Shown: positions 19,232 through 31,379 of the stretch, one piece after another
Numbering within the stretch: the first letter of the stretch is position 1
Layout: each line of letters starts with the position of its first letter
Assembly: GCF_000981445.1 (NCBI RefSeq)
Contig: NC_027218.1
Location: 620,001-684,000 of the forward strand
Source: Babesia bigemina
Lineage: Eukaryota
Length of the DNA: 64,000 bases
Direction of reading: 5' to 3'
Notes under the pieces: generated by a model
Told to the model about the DNA's origin: nothing
Databases searched by the model: none
Seen by the model: only the letters and a program-made list of their open reading frames with translations
Made by a program: the position numbers and the translations under genes

Positions 19232-21052
19232 CTAAGGCAAGCTGCTCATTGCCTTATAGGATCCCGTCAACTCTTGCAGATTTATAATCCCATGCTGCAG
19301 CTCCTCCGTCGATATTCCGTCTTCATTAAATTTGTGCATGTATGTATTTGTGGCATAGCACATTTTCGCGGTTGTAACCGTGAAATCCAGAAATGGTACT
19401 ACCGCCTGGCTGTTAGATATCTGTGACATGGTGCTCCCCAGCAAACCCACATCACTAGGGCAGTAAGATACCTGCTCCATATTGTACATATTGTACATCG
19501 TGCACATACCTGTAACGGACGCGTGGATTGCTTCCAAAATAAGACATCTTGATATAGGTCAACCAGATTCACATTCTCGTTAATATGACCACCAATATTC
19601 ACCTGTACGCCTGCTACTACATTGAACTTGGTGACGTTCGTACGTTTCTTTCCCACCGTCTTGATCAACTTGAACGAGTTGGAAGTTGTTTGTTTCGCTT
19701 CGGCACTGGGAGTGTCTACAAGCGAAATTCCGTTTTCAGTTATTTCTATATGTTTACATTCAGGGGACTTAACCGGTAGATGTCTCAGACATTTGAAAGA
19801 ATCCTTTGTATCCGATTGGCTAATTTCGGTCTTTTCGTAGTTGCTAAAATCTTTTATAATGATTTGCTCTTTTAATCCCTGGGATCCCCTTTGTTTGGCG
19901 CCAGTGCCGGGGTCTTGAGGAGTTGAATCTTTTGCTATTAGCGACACCTTTTCATTATTTAGACCCTCAACCAAGGTTGGATCGGCTTTCAACCTGTCCG
20001 CCAGTTGGCTGGCAATCTGGTGTATGCTGACAGCGTTTTTCTTGACCCCATCCAAGCGCTCCAGTGGCAACAGATCTAGGTTGAGGATCTTCATAGATGG
20101 ATAACTGCAAAGACCGTCTGTTATGAAATTCAGGGAGTTGCCGAAACGCACGCTCCCCGATATGGGGCAGGTGCTAGATGTTGGTCGCAGACCGTGAAAG
20201 ATATTGGTAGCGGTTAACATGTTCAAGCAGTCGAATGAATTGCCACCAACGCCAAAGACTTTGGCGCATAACGATGCTTGAATGTCATTTTGTAGCAACA
20301 GGATACCATCACTGTAAAACAATGATACTGGTAAAACGTCTGTCGTCATAGACAAAATCGGTCACCTACCAAAAGTCCTGATAGTATGACAAGGCCATAG
20401 TTGTGTTTACAGATTGCATTCCTGACTCCCCATATGTGAAAGGTGCAATAGCTGCCGGCATATGAATGATCTTCGGGAATTGATCCGAAAGAAGCCTAGC
20501 GACGTATGCACCTATGCCTGAGCCTGAACCTCCTCCTAAACTCACGAAAGAAACAAAACCTCCAGGAGCATCTGTCTCTTCCATACACTTGCGTATGACT
20601 TCGCTAATGCTTTCTTCATGTATGGTAGCGTTAGTGAACCCTCGTGACCAGACATCATGTGAGGCTTCTGGCAAATGTAGAACGTAGTCCTCCTCATACT
20701 TCCACCCCCTGGAACTAGAATTTGATGCACCTTTGGCACTATTCCTATTATTATTGATCATGCTGTGTTTTGCGATCTCGCCATGCTGCACCCTGTATAA
20801 TGCTTCGGATACATCGGTGCCCGTAGCCATTACAATGCTACGAGGGAGGAGGGTCTCCTCTTCCGTTTCCCTTTTCCCCCCGAAGTAGGACATGTCCAAG
20901 GCTGTTGCAAACTCGGTTTTAGATTTATGTTCGATGCCCGCCTTGTCACTGGGAGCATCCCTCAATTCTGCAATATAATCTGCGGCATATTGCATAAATG
21001 CAGAATGTAAGCCAAGTCCCCCCTGACCGATTGCTATGGTGATTAACGACAT
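19232..21052 (-). CDS. TUBD1: Divergent delta-tubulin (3 exons: 21052-20370, 20311-19510, 19471-19232)
   Basis: Tubulin motifs MSLITIAIGQGG, PRSIV, WKY, HEESISEVIRKCMEETDAPGGF..VSLGGGSGSGIG and QSVNT…DGILLLQND. The C-terminal SNSQAVVPFLD..V..A…YATNTYMHKF…GI..EEL…..SY matches the delta-tubulin end. GT..AG introns at 20312-20369 and 19472-19509 restore the frame. Confidence 0.8.
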
Positions 21053-21743
21053 ATTTAATAATCAATTAAAGATATTAAACTGCTTATTTTCATATACAAC
21101 AATTTATATTGTGGATGGTATCTGCAGAAAATTTGCACATGGAAAAATTGCAGTGGAAATTGTAATGCTATGGCGTGTATATACTTTTTGTTTTGTCGTA
21201 AAACCTATTGGTCTAATTTTATACCATCGTAGTCTACGCGTGAATAACGTTGTCCTTGTGTAGACCGCTATGACCAACAAGGACTGTTTGGTCGGGACAG
21301 ATATGTACAAGAGGCAAAGATGGCACTTGGTGGAAAATAGAAGGAAAACAATCAGCCAGTCAGAAATCTTCCTACGTGCCGCTCCGCGTGACGAAAGGCA
21401 TGAAGCCAAGGACACAGTGCAATTCTGCGAATGATCGCCACTTCAGGCGGCATAAAGCATTCGCGATGAAACTAACGTAGCGAAAACCAGACAGACAGGC
21501 GATCTACCGACGGACACTTGACGCACTACAAGCACACTTGATACAAATCAATCATGGAAGAGTAGCACACTTGTTGGCGACTCTTGTGAAACGGGGAAAG
21601 ATCTCCACAACCATCATCTGCGCAGTCCACAGTTTCGCACCCCGCATCGTAACCACCAGGAACCGACGCTGTGCAAAGCAAAGTAGTTATGTTATGCCGA
21701 TTATATCGCTGTTAATTGGCGGCGGTGGCCAGCGCAGCGCCGC

Positions 21744-22328
21744 TCAGTAGCGCTGGTGGGCACCCTCGCCGTGCACATTCGCGGTGATGACCTTCACGTT
21801 CGGAATGTTGATCTTGAGGAAGTGGAGCATGTCCGCAGTGTCCTGGTCGATCTGGATCAGCGGCACGTCCACCTCAGAGTGCTCCGGCACGTAGTCCATG
21901 CGGCGCTCGCGCTCCTCCTCCTGCAGCTTCAGCGAGATGCCGCGCACGGGGCCCTTCTGGATGCGACGCATCAGGTGGGTGATGAAACCAGCAACCTTGT
22001 TGCGCATACGCTTCGACGGGATCTGCGCAACCTCCTCAGCAACCTTCTTGTTGAAGTGGAAGTCAAGACCAAGCTTCGCGTAGTACTTCTCCACGATCTG
22101 ACGCGCAGCGCGCTTCACGGTCTTCGTACGCACGCGACCCTGCACAAACCATCAGTGCGGTTCAACACGCAAACGACACGCAGACTCGCTGGACCAGGCC
22201 GACACGGCAACTCACGCGGCAGGCGAACCTCCACACCGGCCTATACAACACCGACGGCCAGCAACACAGGCACGCAAGCAATAAAACAGCATACACGACC
22301 GACGTAACACGTAATAGCCACTCACCAT
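21744..22328 (-). CDS. RPS17: 40S ribosomal protein S17 (eS17); ATG-only first exon 22326-22328, intron 22140-22325
   Basis: [20 protein letters not shown]…[40 protein letters not shown]. The ATG|gtgag donor lies upstream. Confidence 0.97.
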
Positions 22329-23383
22329 TTTGACCTTTATACGATAGTACAGACTACGGCACTCGTACCCCTTCTTGTCGCGATATCGTCTTAAAAACTG
22401 CGACACAAGCACGCCTCTCGATGCCGCAATGTACAAAAACAATTTGTGCAGCCGCCAACCAGCCGTCGCAGCCCGCTACCCGGCGAAGCTACCGCGTCAA
22501 ACGACCTGTGGGGACGCGGCGTCCACCAGGGACTCCGGTAGAGTGAGGACTCTAGGCACACTTTCACTACTCCGCATCGATGAATCGGCACGTGTTGTGT
22601 AGGAATGTGGTCAGCTGCGCGGGTGACGAGCGATTGGCGGCGAGCGCCCGTAGTGTGCCGGTCTCCGGATGAGGTTTCACGTGACCCGTGACCACCGCGT
22701 CTGTATTCCGTGAGGTGTACGTGTTACGCTAGCACATTGAGGCGTGTAAGCCGTGCCTTTTTGTACAGACCACCAGAATCAATGCAATACGCGCCGCGGA
22801 CCCTAGGCGTGGGATCGTAATGCCGATTAAACCATCGTGTCTTACCGCCTTTTTGTGGGCGCAGTTCCAACGGTGTAAGGTGTTACATATTTTACGTTTC
22901 TATAACAGAATTACCGTGCAAGCCGTTGTGTGTCTGGCTTCATTGTAGAAGGCATACGTCTGCCATACTGTATGAGGTGACGGCGTATTCTTCCGGCCGG
23001 GTCACCTTTCTCGAACAAATACTAGAGTTCCTTATTATTTAAAGCAGCCACATGAGACTCCTTTTATACCAGATTGCCAACGGCTGCTCCGCTATTGCTG
23101 TTGACGTCCGCGTGTCAGGTTCTGCAATTTACATCACATAATGGCGGGGGTATTTTGCGCCCATTTGTTCTTTTAAAGGTGTAGTTGACTAATATGACCA
23201 TCAAAAGAGGTTGGCGTACTCCTGAATTCGTACTTTCTACGTGCCGTCGCTTTCTGTAGTAATTGAGGCAGCCGGGTTAAATACTGAGCACGGTGGGCCA
23301 GCTCCCTGCGAGATATCTTTCACAAACCACCTTACACCAAAACGTGCTCCTAAACAATAAGCAGCAGGCATGAATGGAAATAC

Positions 23384-25242
23384 ATGGCACGGCAAAACAA
23401 TTTCACAACTTTAAAAGAGTGCCTCGTTGCCACGCATATAGGTGGCGATGAGGGTAAAGGCTGTGTTTTTACTCAGCCGTTGACACCGGACAACGACCGG
23501 ATCGTCGACATACCCCTTTATTCTTATATCCACGAATTCTCAAGGTAACCTTTATTGTCGAGTTATACACGGCACATCAGGAAAACATGCATCACCTGCG
23601 CAAACTGTTATCGACCGGTTGGATCAGTGATTGACAACCTGAATCACGTTTTAAAATTGTAACACCACGGGTATCTATTTGTGTAAATAACGCTACAGGG
23701 GACATAAAGAGCTCAGCAACCATGCATTGCAATTGTTAGCCTCCCTCGGAACTGTAAGCATCTTGTTACCGTTGGCACTATCCATTGTAGGCTCTGGATT
23801 GCAGCAACTTCATGAGCTGTGACCAATGTGCTGCCGTTTTCTGCTCTACCGAGTGCATGGAAGTAATGAGTTATGTCGACGCTTTCGATAATACTTAGGC
23901 ATCCGGTCCGATACATGCGCTATTATGCGAAAAGATGACTACGCAGGAACGGGCAGATTGGTCGGCTTTTCACAGGTATTTACCAATTGACATCGATTCA
24001 AACATTGTCAAGATATTGTATAAAGACGAATGAAAACTTTTATTTCGTGGGTATGTGAAATTACACTGTTCTTCGTACTCTCAGGATTGATTTATGCGAC
24101 CACGGTTGCTCAAGTCGTATACCATCGCAGCAGTCTGCCGCAACTGGTGAACAATCTATCGGAATACTACGAGGTGCCATGGTGAGTGAATGCAATTTAA
24201 GCCGCAGCACTGTGGTGTTGAACCCGTGCGCATACACTCCCCATTATCACTATTTAAGGGCAATCACGGATATGGTTTGCCTTGCCAGTATTCACGCCTC
24301 TCCTAACGTACTACATACGATTACAGGCATGTATTACCACCGAGCATCGACGGCGGAGCTCAATCTGAATCTGCGAGGTTAACAAGGTGAGATGACCTTT
24401 GGTGATTGTTGAGCTGCGTAGAGCATCGGAAGCATTCAAACTGCTCTCGAAGTCGCTAGATCGCCATGTTAAGCTGATGAGACGTTTTGAGTCCCATCAT
24501 GCAGACCGATTTTGCAGCTTAGATTATTACTTGCGTCTGCTGGTACGTCTGACCTTTTGTTAACTCTAAACTTCACTACAGAGCAAGGTCACGCTGGTTT
24601 CCGTTGAAATAGAGATCGTAAACCCGCTAAACAAGCAGATTCGGGAGTTGTTACAGGATCAGCCGGTGAGGTGCGCCATTGGCGAGGTGTGTCAGACATG
24701 TGTTCGCCAATGTTGTGTAGGAATTGGCCGCTGTGAAGCGCATTTTATACGGTAATGTTTCGCTAGAACGGTTTTGATGAACCATCAGGCCTGGATTCCA
24801 CGTGCCCTGAGGTGTCGGACTGGTGAGTTTGGGCAAGTGCAGCGCAGTTAGACGCTGCAGGGACATCGAGTTGCCTGACCTGCTAGGAGTTGGAATATAC
24901 GAATCGCTGTCGCGGCTTAATCACTCCTGCAGCCCTAATCTCGAGTTCGAGTATGGATGCGACAATTTGGCCAGGGTTAGACATTGCACCCGTATACGGT
25001 GGTAGATCTTCCTCAGGTTCGAGTGCTTCGGCCAGTTTCGGCAGGCGAACAGGCTACGATCGCTTACATCGATGAACAAGCACCATTAGAAGAGCGTCGT
25101 AAGGAGCTATGGAACGTTAGTTCCGTACAACTGTCATTCTGATTTGGTGCAGAACTACGGTTTCGTATGTCGCTGTTCCAAGTGCCTGTCAGACGAGGAA
25201 GCAGAAAAGACAATAGACCACCATGATGTAGCTCATAATTGA
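23384..25242 (+). CDS. SMYD-type split SET/MYND lysine methyltransferase, many short exons (start uncertain)
   Basis: Exon fragments read GDEGKGCVF (N-SET), CITCANCYRP and SCDQCAAVFCSTEC (MYND), GVGIYESLSRLNHSCSPN, GEQATIAYID and YGFVCRCSKC (post-SET). TGA at 25240-25242. Confidence 0.75.
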
Positions 25243-25465
25243 TAATACTTTTGCGGCATTTGGGTATAATGTGTGCCGCAACTGCTGTGTTGTCTGTACA
25301 CATTTAACGCGTAGGGAATCTTCTTAAATACACCACAGCACCCCCAATGAGTGTCCACCAAGCGTGAATACGGCGAAAATGTTTACTAGGCTGTAAAATA
25401 CATTTCCATCTTACGTTTGCCGGCCTTTGTTGGTCGCATGTGTCTGCCGTTGCGTCCATGCGACG

Positions 25466-27725
25466 ATGAGCCAGACACAGGATCCTGGCGTTTCTTTTGA
25501 GACCTTTCTGGACGCACTGGTCGACGAACGCGTGTTAGATTTGAAGTATAATGGCGTGTTGCCAGCTTTGATTGCGAGTCTAAAGCGCAGTTGTTGGTTT
25601 TTTGAGTCTACACTGTTTGGTCCCCGGTCTAAGGCGGCGTCCATATTCCTCAAAGCATCATTGCATAAGGAATCCTATCGCAAGTGCGGTGTAGAGCCCA
25701 TATTCAAGCCCCATGAAACGCAGAAGTACTTGCAGAAGCGCCAGACGATCGTTCACTTCTTCAAGCGCGCGAAAGCGGCACCTCCGGACCAAAAACCAGG
25801 GGCTTCAAATAGCATGGATTACCTCAAGAGAACCATGGACTACATGTACAATGTACCGAATGGCGACGGCGAGCATACAGGTGTGTTTCGCTTTAGTGGG
25901 TGTGGGTTTATGAGCGTTGTTTCTTTGCGTAATGTGAATGAAAGTTAGCTACAACTATAATTCACGCATACAAACACATGTTCAGATGCGTTTTGTAATC
26001 GCATAATAACGGGAGATGAGTTGATGTTTAGTGAATCGGAGGCAGTGACTGGGTCGGATAAATCCGACGCTGACATTGCCGATTCAGATATCGCAGGGAA
26101 TACCACAGTGGGACCAAATACCGAGTTGTCAAAAGTCAAGTGCGACGATGGGTCCAATGGGGGAACTTCGTGCGTAGAGTCATCTTCGGGACTCGATTAT
26201 GAGGGTGACATGAGCCAGGATTCCTCTGTTACGGGTGGCACCCAGGAAACGTGGGAGGACTCAGATCTGCTAAAGAAACGCAGAATGGGTCCATCTGACG
26301 CATTTGTTGAATGCACAACTGCAACACAAACAGATTATATTCCGAATGCAACTGTTAAAACTTGCACGGAGGCACATATCGGGGGATACAAGGACACGCA
26401 TCGGTCAACCGATGCGTCATCACCGACGGCGGATTTGAAGAATGATTCAAACTCCGAATCGTGTAACACGTTAGGCCCCAGCTGCCCTGCGGGTGATGCT
26501 TCAACGGGTTCCGTCGATGCATCGACTGACAGTGCCGCGGCGGAAAAGTCGGAACGCAGCCACTTTTGCAACTCATCGGTTATTATGTATGGGCGCTCCA
26601 ATCTGATGGCGCCGTGCTACTATGCCATCAGACACCTACTGTCGAAGCCCATGAGTGAGCTGTTGGCGTACCCGGAACACTTCCGCACTCGTTACACCTT
26701 CGTGCTTTGGCAGAATCCTTGCCTTCAGCACCTCTGCGGCCGTGAGGTTCGATTTGCGTATCTGAACAACGAAATCACTGCTGCGAAAGTGATAGAGATT
26801 TTGTCGAACAAGAAGAGCAAATGCTGTATTGTGGAGGACATCGACGTTTTACCTGAGGAGCTGCAGTTGGTCATCGCGAAGCATATGCTAAAGCACGACC
26901 GCCCGTTTTTCTTCCTCAGCAGCCAAATTAATCGTGTGTCTCCGGTGCTGCGGGGCATCGCATTTAACTTTCGCGTTCCGCCGATGAACGTTGACATGTT
27001 GGTTGATAAGGCGCTGTCTCAGCAACTGTGCCCCGGCCTTTTTTTGGGTATGGCTAGAAAAAATATAATTGAGTGCGCTAATCGTGCACGAGATGACGTT
27101 GTTGCGCTATATTGCACACTGGTTTCGTTGCAACAGAAGAAAACAGTTTCGTCTAGGCGTGATAGCCTGCCGCTGAGGCGCATAGTCCATTGCATTGCTT
27201 TTCAGGAGAAAACAATGCGCACAATCATGTTCATAAAGAATAGCGTTTCGGGACTGGCGTCTGCATACAACCGTGACCCCACTACGTTTTGGTTGGAATT
27301 TCTGGACGAGGTGAACGCAGTTGGGCGGGCGGAGCTCTTGAATGTCAGGGAGAAGTTTTACCACCTCATCGCGCAGGTATGTTCGAATTTGCGCTGAATA
27401 TATATACATAATGTGTTGATCGTGTGCCGATCGCAGAGCAACATGCGGCTTCCACTACCACAGCGTGCAACATGTTGCATCGGCATCAACTGGCCATGAT
27501 GTCGCAAAAGGGAAGTGACTAATAGAAAGGACCAGTACCCTTTTAAAAGCGATTTTGTTCGGGCAGTGAAGCCTTTATGTGAATGCATCTACATTTTGCT
27601 ATTGTTTGACATAAATGCAGAAATCGACCCTTCTCGCCAGCATGGGCGACCCTCGTGTCACTCTCGAGTCCACCTTTCTGGAGATGATGGACATGGTCAA
27701 TGGCACGTGCAAAGCCATTAGATGA
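25466..27725 (+). CDS. Degenerate RFC small-subunit-like (clamp-loader AAA+) protein with a long N-terminal/acidic extension; exons about 25466-25880, 25986-27376, 27621-27725
   Basis: VIMYG…CCIVEDIDVLPEELQLVIAKHM…FFFLSSQINRVSPVLRGIAFNFRVPP aligns by eye with RFC-38kDa-type boxes (VIINEAD.LT..AQ..LRRTME….ILxCxSxSxIIxPIRSRCxxIRVPxP). GT..AG introns join the two track ORFs in frame. Confidence 0.55.
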
Positions 27726-27743
27726 CGTGTGGCACCAGCTGTG

Positions 27744-28841
27744 CTACTGCGCCACGTCGCGTGCGAAGTCCTCGTCGTACTCGATCTCCATATGCATCCT
27801 GGCTGCACAGCGGTGAACAAGACTCTTAATAGCTTTCCATATAATGCTACAGCACACGCAAGGTGCCCACTCCCCGCTAGTTTCGGGAGACGAATCGTTA
27901 CACGTGGTCACTTGGGATGGCAAACAAGTATGAGCAAGGGTGGCCGCGTTAGCAGCTGTTTGCGGATGCCAGACCCCCTTCAAATGCCACGAGGGTTCAC
28001 ACGTGCGTTGGCGCTGAAACATACCTCGTGGTCGGCGGCCGTCAACACTCTGCATCTCTGCATCCTTTTCGCTGTGTGCCTCGACTTCCTGCTCGAACTG
28101 ATAGAGTTCACCGTATGTGCCCTGCCACCAATGGTCGGTATGATAATTTCTCCCACCTTTGAAAGACGGTTAAGCAGCTCCTGCTCAATTGCGTTGTCCA
28201 GCCTAGCAGCGATTTCTGCTTTCCTCTCGCGAATGGCCTCGCGTCGCTCCGTCTTCCTCTTGATGGGCGCCACCTTCGTCTTTTGCGAGAGCGCCTCTCT
28301 GCGCATCCTCTGTAAAACTTCCCTCCACCGTTTTAGCCTTAACCGGCACTTTTGCGTGAGGTACGCTGCGATTCCAACCTTGGTTGCCTCATTAATCTGC
28401 GATAAAGATTCTTTGAGATTCTTGGACAGTTTCAGCCGCTCCCACTGCTCCCGAGGTGTATGGCAGCGTTCCGCAGTCTTCATGCACAGATACAAAGACC
28501 CTGCGAAGCCATTTCAAACCATAAAGAGCGCGGAAGCATATACACAGTGTACACTCCGCGACGGTTGCGCCTGGAGATAGTGCAGCCCCCCGTACCAAAA
28601 AGCCGGGAACACCAATTGTGGCAGACCTACCTTGGTCTTCAATAACGGTAGCATAGTTGCTGTTTGCAAGCGGACAGCTACCACGGTTGCAGAGGCCAGT
28701 TACATTGTACGCGTTGGTGCAGAAGCTTGTGGTGTCCGTGCTGCGCCAATTTAGCCTATAACTGCGGTTGGTATGGACCTACCACTTCCTGTAGGCGCAG
28801 AAATCGTCCTTTATGAGCTGCCAAACCACGTCGTCACTCAT
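27744..28841 (-). CDS. MAK16: MAK16 (60S biogenesis, L28e family), multi-exon
   Basis: [17 protein letters not shown]…[27 protein letters not shown]…[25 protein letters not shown]…[29 protein letters not shown]…MEIEYDE. Confidence 0.93.
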
Positions 28842-29426
28842 TATTCGCCCTTTTGCCGATTAAAACGCCTTTTGAGTGTGTGATTACGGCCCCTTGTGGG
28901 CGAAGTCAGTTGCCTATAACCCCTTCGTCGCGCCTCCGAGTGAAGATGGTTGAAAAGCAACGACGATAAAACCTTGCGGTGTGAAAAAGCACGCCCCCAA
29001 TATATATTTCAATTGCCTATTTAAGGCGGGCAGCGCTTTTTTGGGTTTATGGTTTTCTATTTACCTTTGATCGTGACGGCTGTTCTCGCCGCGATCAACA
29101 CCAGGGCGGGCAGCTCCAACTACAAATAAGTCACGCAGTACATTGATTTTAATACCTTCTAAGGTGTGTTCATCGCAGACATTACAGTTGTGTATTACCC
29201 AGTGGAATGTGGAGAAGCAGAATCGTGTCATCGGATAGACACCGCGCTGGCTGAAATCCTTCCGGGCGGCAAGCGACGCACCAAATATCGCAACTCATAA
29301 CTCTATGTTTTAGACAGGGGTATATAGGGCGCATCACTGATTAGGTTTGTCAAAACGTAGTCGCCGAAGTGGTCCGTGAAGGCGACATCACCGTGAAGGT
29401 TTTGCGTTAACGCCGTCGTATTCACG

Positions 29427-31280
29427 ATGTTCGGCTTCGGGTCGCCTCAGGTGCCTTCGAGCGCACTGCCTCCGCTGCCGAAGGATGACAAGAACATCAC
29501 GGGGAAGTGTAGGTTTGCGTGGCTAGCTCAATGTGACCGTATGCAGTCGATCCAACGGCGCTTGAGCGCGGCGCTAAGGCGCTTAAGATGTTGGATTCGT
29601 CACCTAACGCGCACAAGGCGTTCGAGCTGACCAAGCTGCAGGAGCTAACGCGCCAGCAGGAGATTCAGAAGGAAATCCAGCAGATGCATCTCCGGCAAAC
29701 GGAGCTCGGCGCCCAGCGGGCGCGTGTGGAGGGCGACGAGAAACGGAAGCTGATGGCGCAGCAGCAGGAGCAGGACCGTATAACTGCTCAGTACAAGGCC
29801 AAGCTGGAGGCCGAAGCGTACCAGAAGAAGTTGCAGGACCAGCGCCGCCAAAACGAGGAGTGGCTGCAACAGCAGCACCAGCAGTTTTTGCGCCAGGAGG
29901 AGGCACGGAAGAAAACTGAGATGGAGATTCTGAACATGCGCAAGGCACAGATCCGGGAGGAGAAGGCCCTGGAGAGGGAGAACATGAAAGCGCGTGTTCA
30001 GGAGGAGGGTCGTGTGCGCATCGAGCAGGAGCGGAAGAATTTCGACATCCACGTGAAAATGATGAAGGAGCGTTCCATTGAGGAGCGCCAGACCAAGCTG
30101 GAATCGCTACATGTGACGTTTTCGTCGCTGGGTTCAGCATTTTCGTCGCTTCTCGCCGACAAGCAGCGACTAACGGCCGGGGTAACGTGCCGTTGACGCC
30201 GATTGCACATGTGCGCAGGTTACTTCGCTGACTGCCTTGGCGTTGGGGATATACGGTGCGAAAGCGGGTACTCGCCTCGCTGGACGCGTATTGGTAGTTT
30301 CTCTGTGAGTGGCACTAAGTGGTTCGTGCAGGAACGTCGTTTGGGAAAGCCTCCCCTAGTTCGAGAAACTTCACGCTGGACTTTGATGGGCGGCATACGC
30401 AACATCTTCACCGCGCCAATGTTCCCCAGGAACCCTCCTGCCATAAACAACATCGTTCTTGACAACAACCTGCATCAGCGCCTCACTTGGACTACCAACT
30501 CCCTAATGAGCGCGAAGAGGAACGGCGCCCCTTTCCGCAACCTGCTGCTGTACGGCCCCCCTGGTACGGGAAAGACGCTTTTCGCAAAGACGTAAGTTTT
30601 CCATCGACGTGTCGGACAAACGCATCAGGGTGGCGAAAAACAGCGGTCTGGACTTCGCCATCATGACGGGCGGTGATGTGGGCCCCCTGCAGGAGGAAGC
30701 TGCTAGTGAAATAAACAAGCTGTTCCAGTGGTCCAAGAAGACCAAGAAAGGCCTGGTCCTCTTCATAGATGAGGCGGATGCGTTTTTGCGCCAGGGAAGG
30801 TCGTCCGCCACCGGGATGTCGGAGAACATGAGGAATGCGCTCTCTGCCTTCCTCTACCACACTGGCACTGAGAGCAAGGAATTTTGCCTCATTCTCGCCA
30901 CCAACGAGCGCCAGGTGTTGGACAGAGCGGTGCTGGATCGCATGGACGAGCAGTACGAGTTTGGCCTGCCCGGCTTGGAGGAGCGCAAGCGCATGATATC
31001 TCTGTTCATGCATACTTACGTGTTGGCGCCGAAAAGCAGCGGCCACACGTTCGAAATCGACCCGGATATCAACGACGAGTTTTTTGCGCGCGTTGCTGAG
31101 CGTACGGAGGGCTTCTCCGGCCGGCAGCTGTCCAAGATGTGCATAAGTCTGCAGAGCGCAGTCTACGGGTCTGGCGCTAAGAAGCTAACCCTAGAGCTGG
31201 CAGACACGGTAGTCAACTGGCACATCAACGAGTACCGCAAGAGCCAGGGAAGCGTCGAAACGACGAACCCGTCAGCGTGA
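29427..31280 (+). CDS. ATAD3: ATAD3-family mitochondrial AAA ATPase, multi-exon
   Basis: DPTALERGAKAL N-terminal motif, coiled coil, LGKPPLVRETSR, Walker A GPPGTGKT, TGGDVGPL, Walker B LFIDEAD and LATN…LDRMDE. Confidence 0.93.
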
Positions 31281-31379
31281 AGTGTCTGATGCAATTTTTC
31301 TTACATAGGTGTCACACGGCCGGCCTTACGGCGCAGCCATCGGCGGCGTACGCGGTGCTGCGCGTAACACCGCCCACAT

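Noticed and set aside
19478..19498. Tandem ATATTGTAC duplication
   Set aside because: Two copies within a 38-nt intron; trivial slippage.
21100..21434. Possible small spliced gene between delta-tubulin and RPS17
   Set aside because: No convincing ATG and exon chain or recognisable motif.
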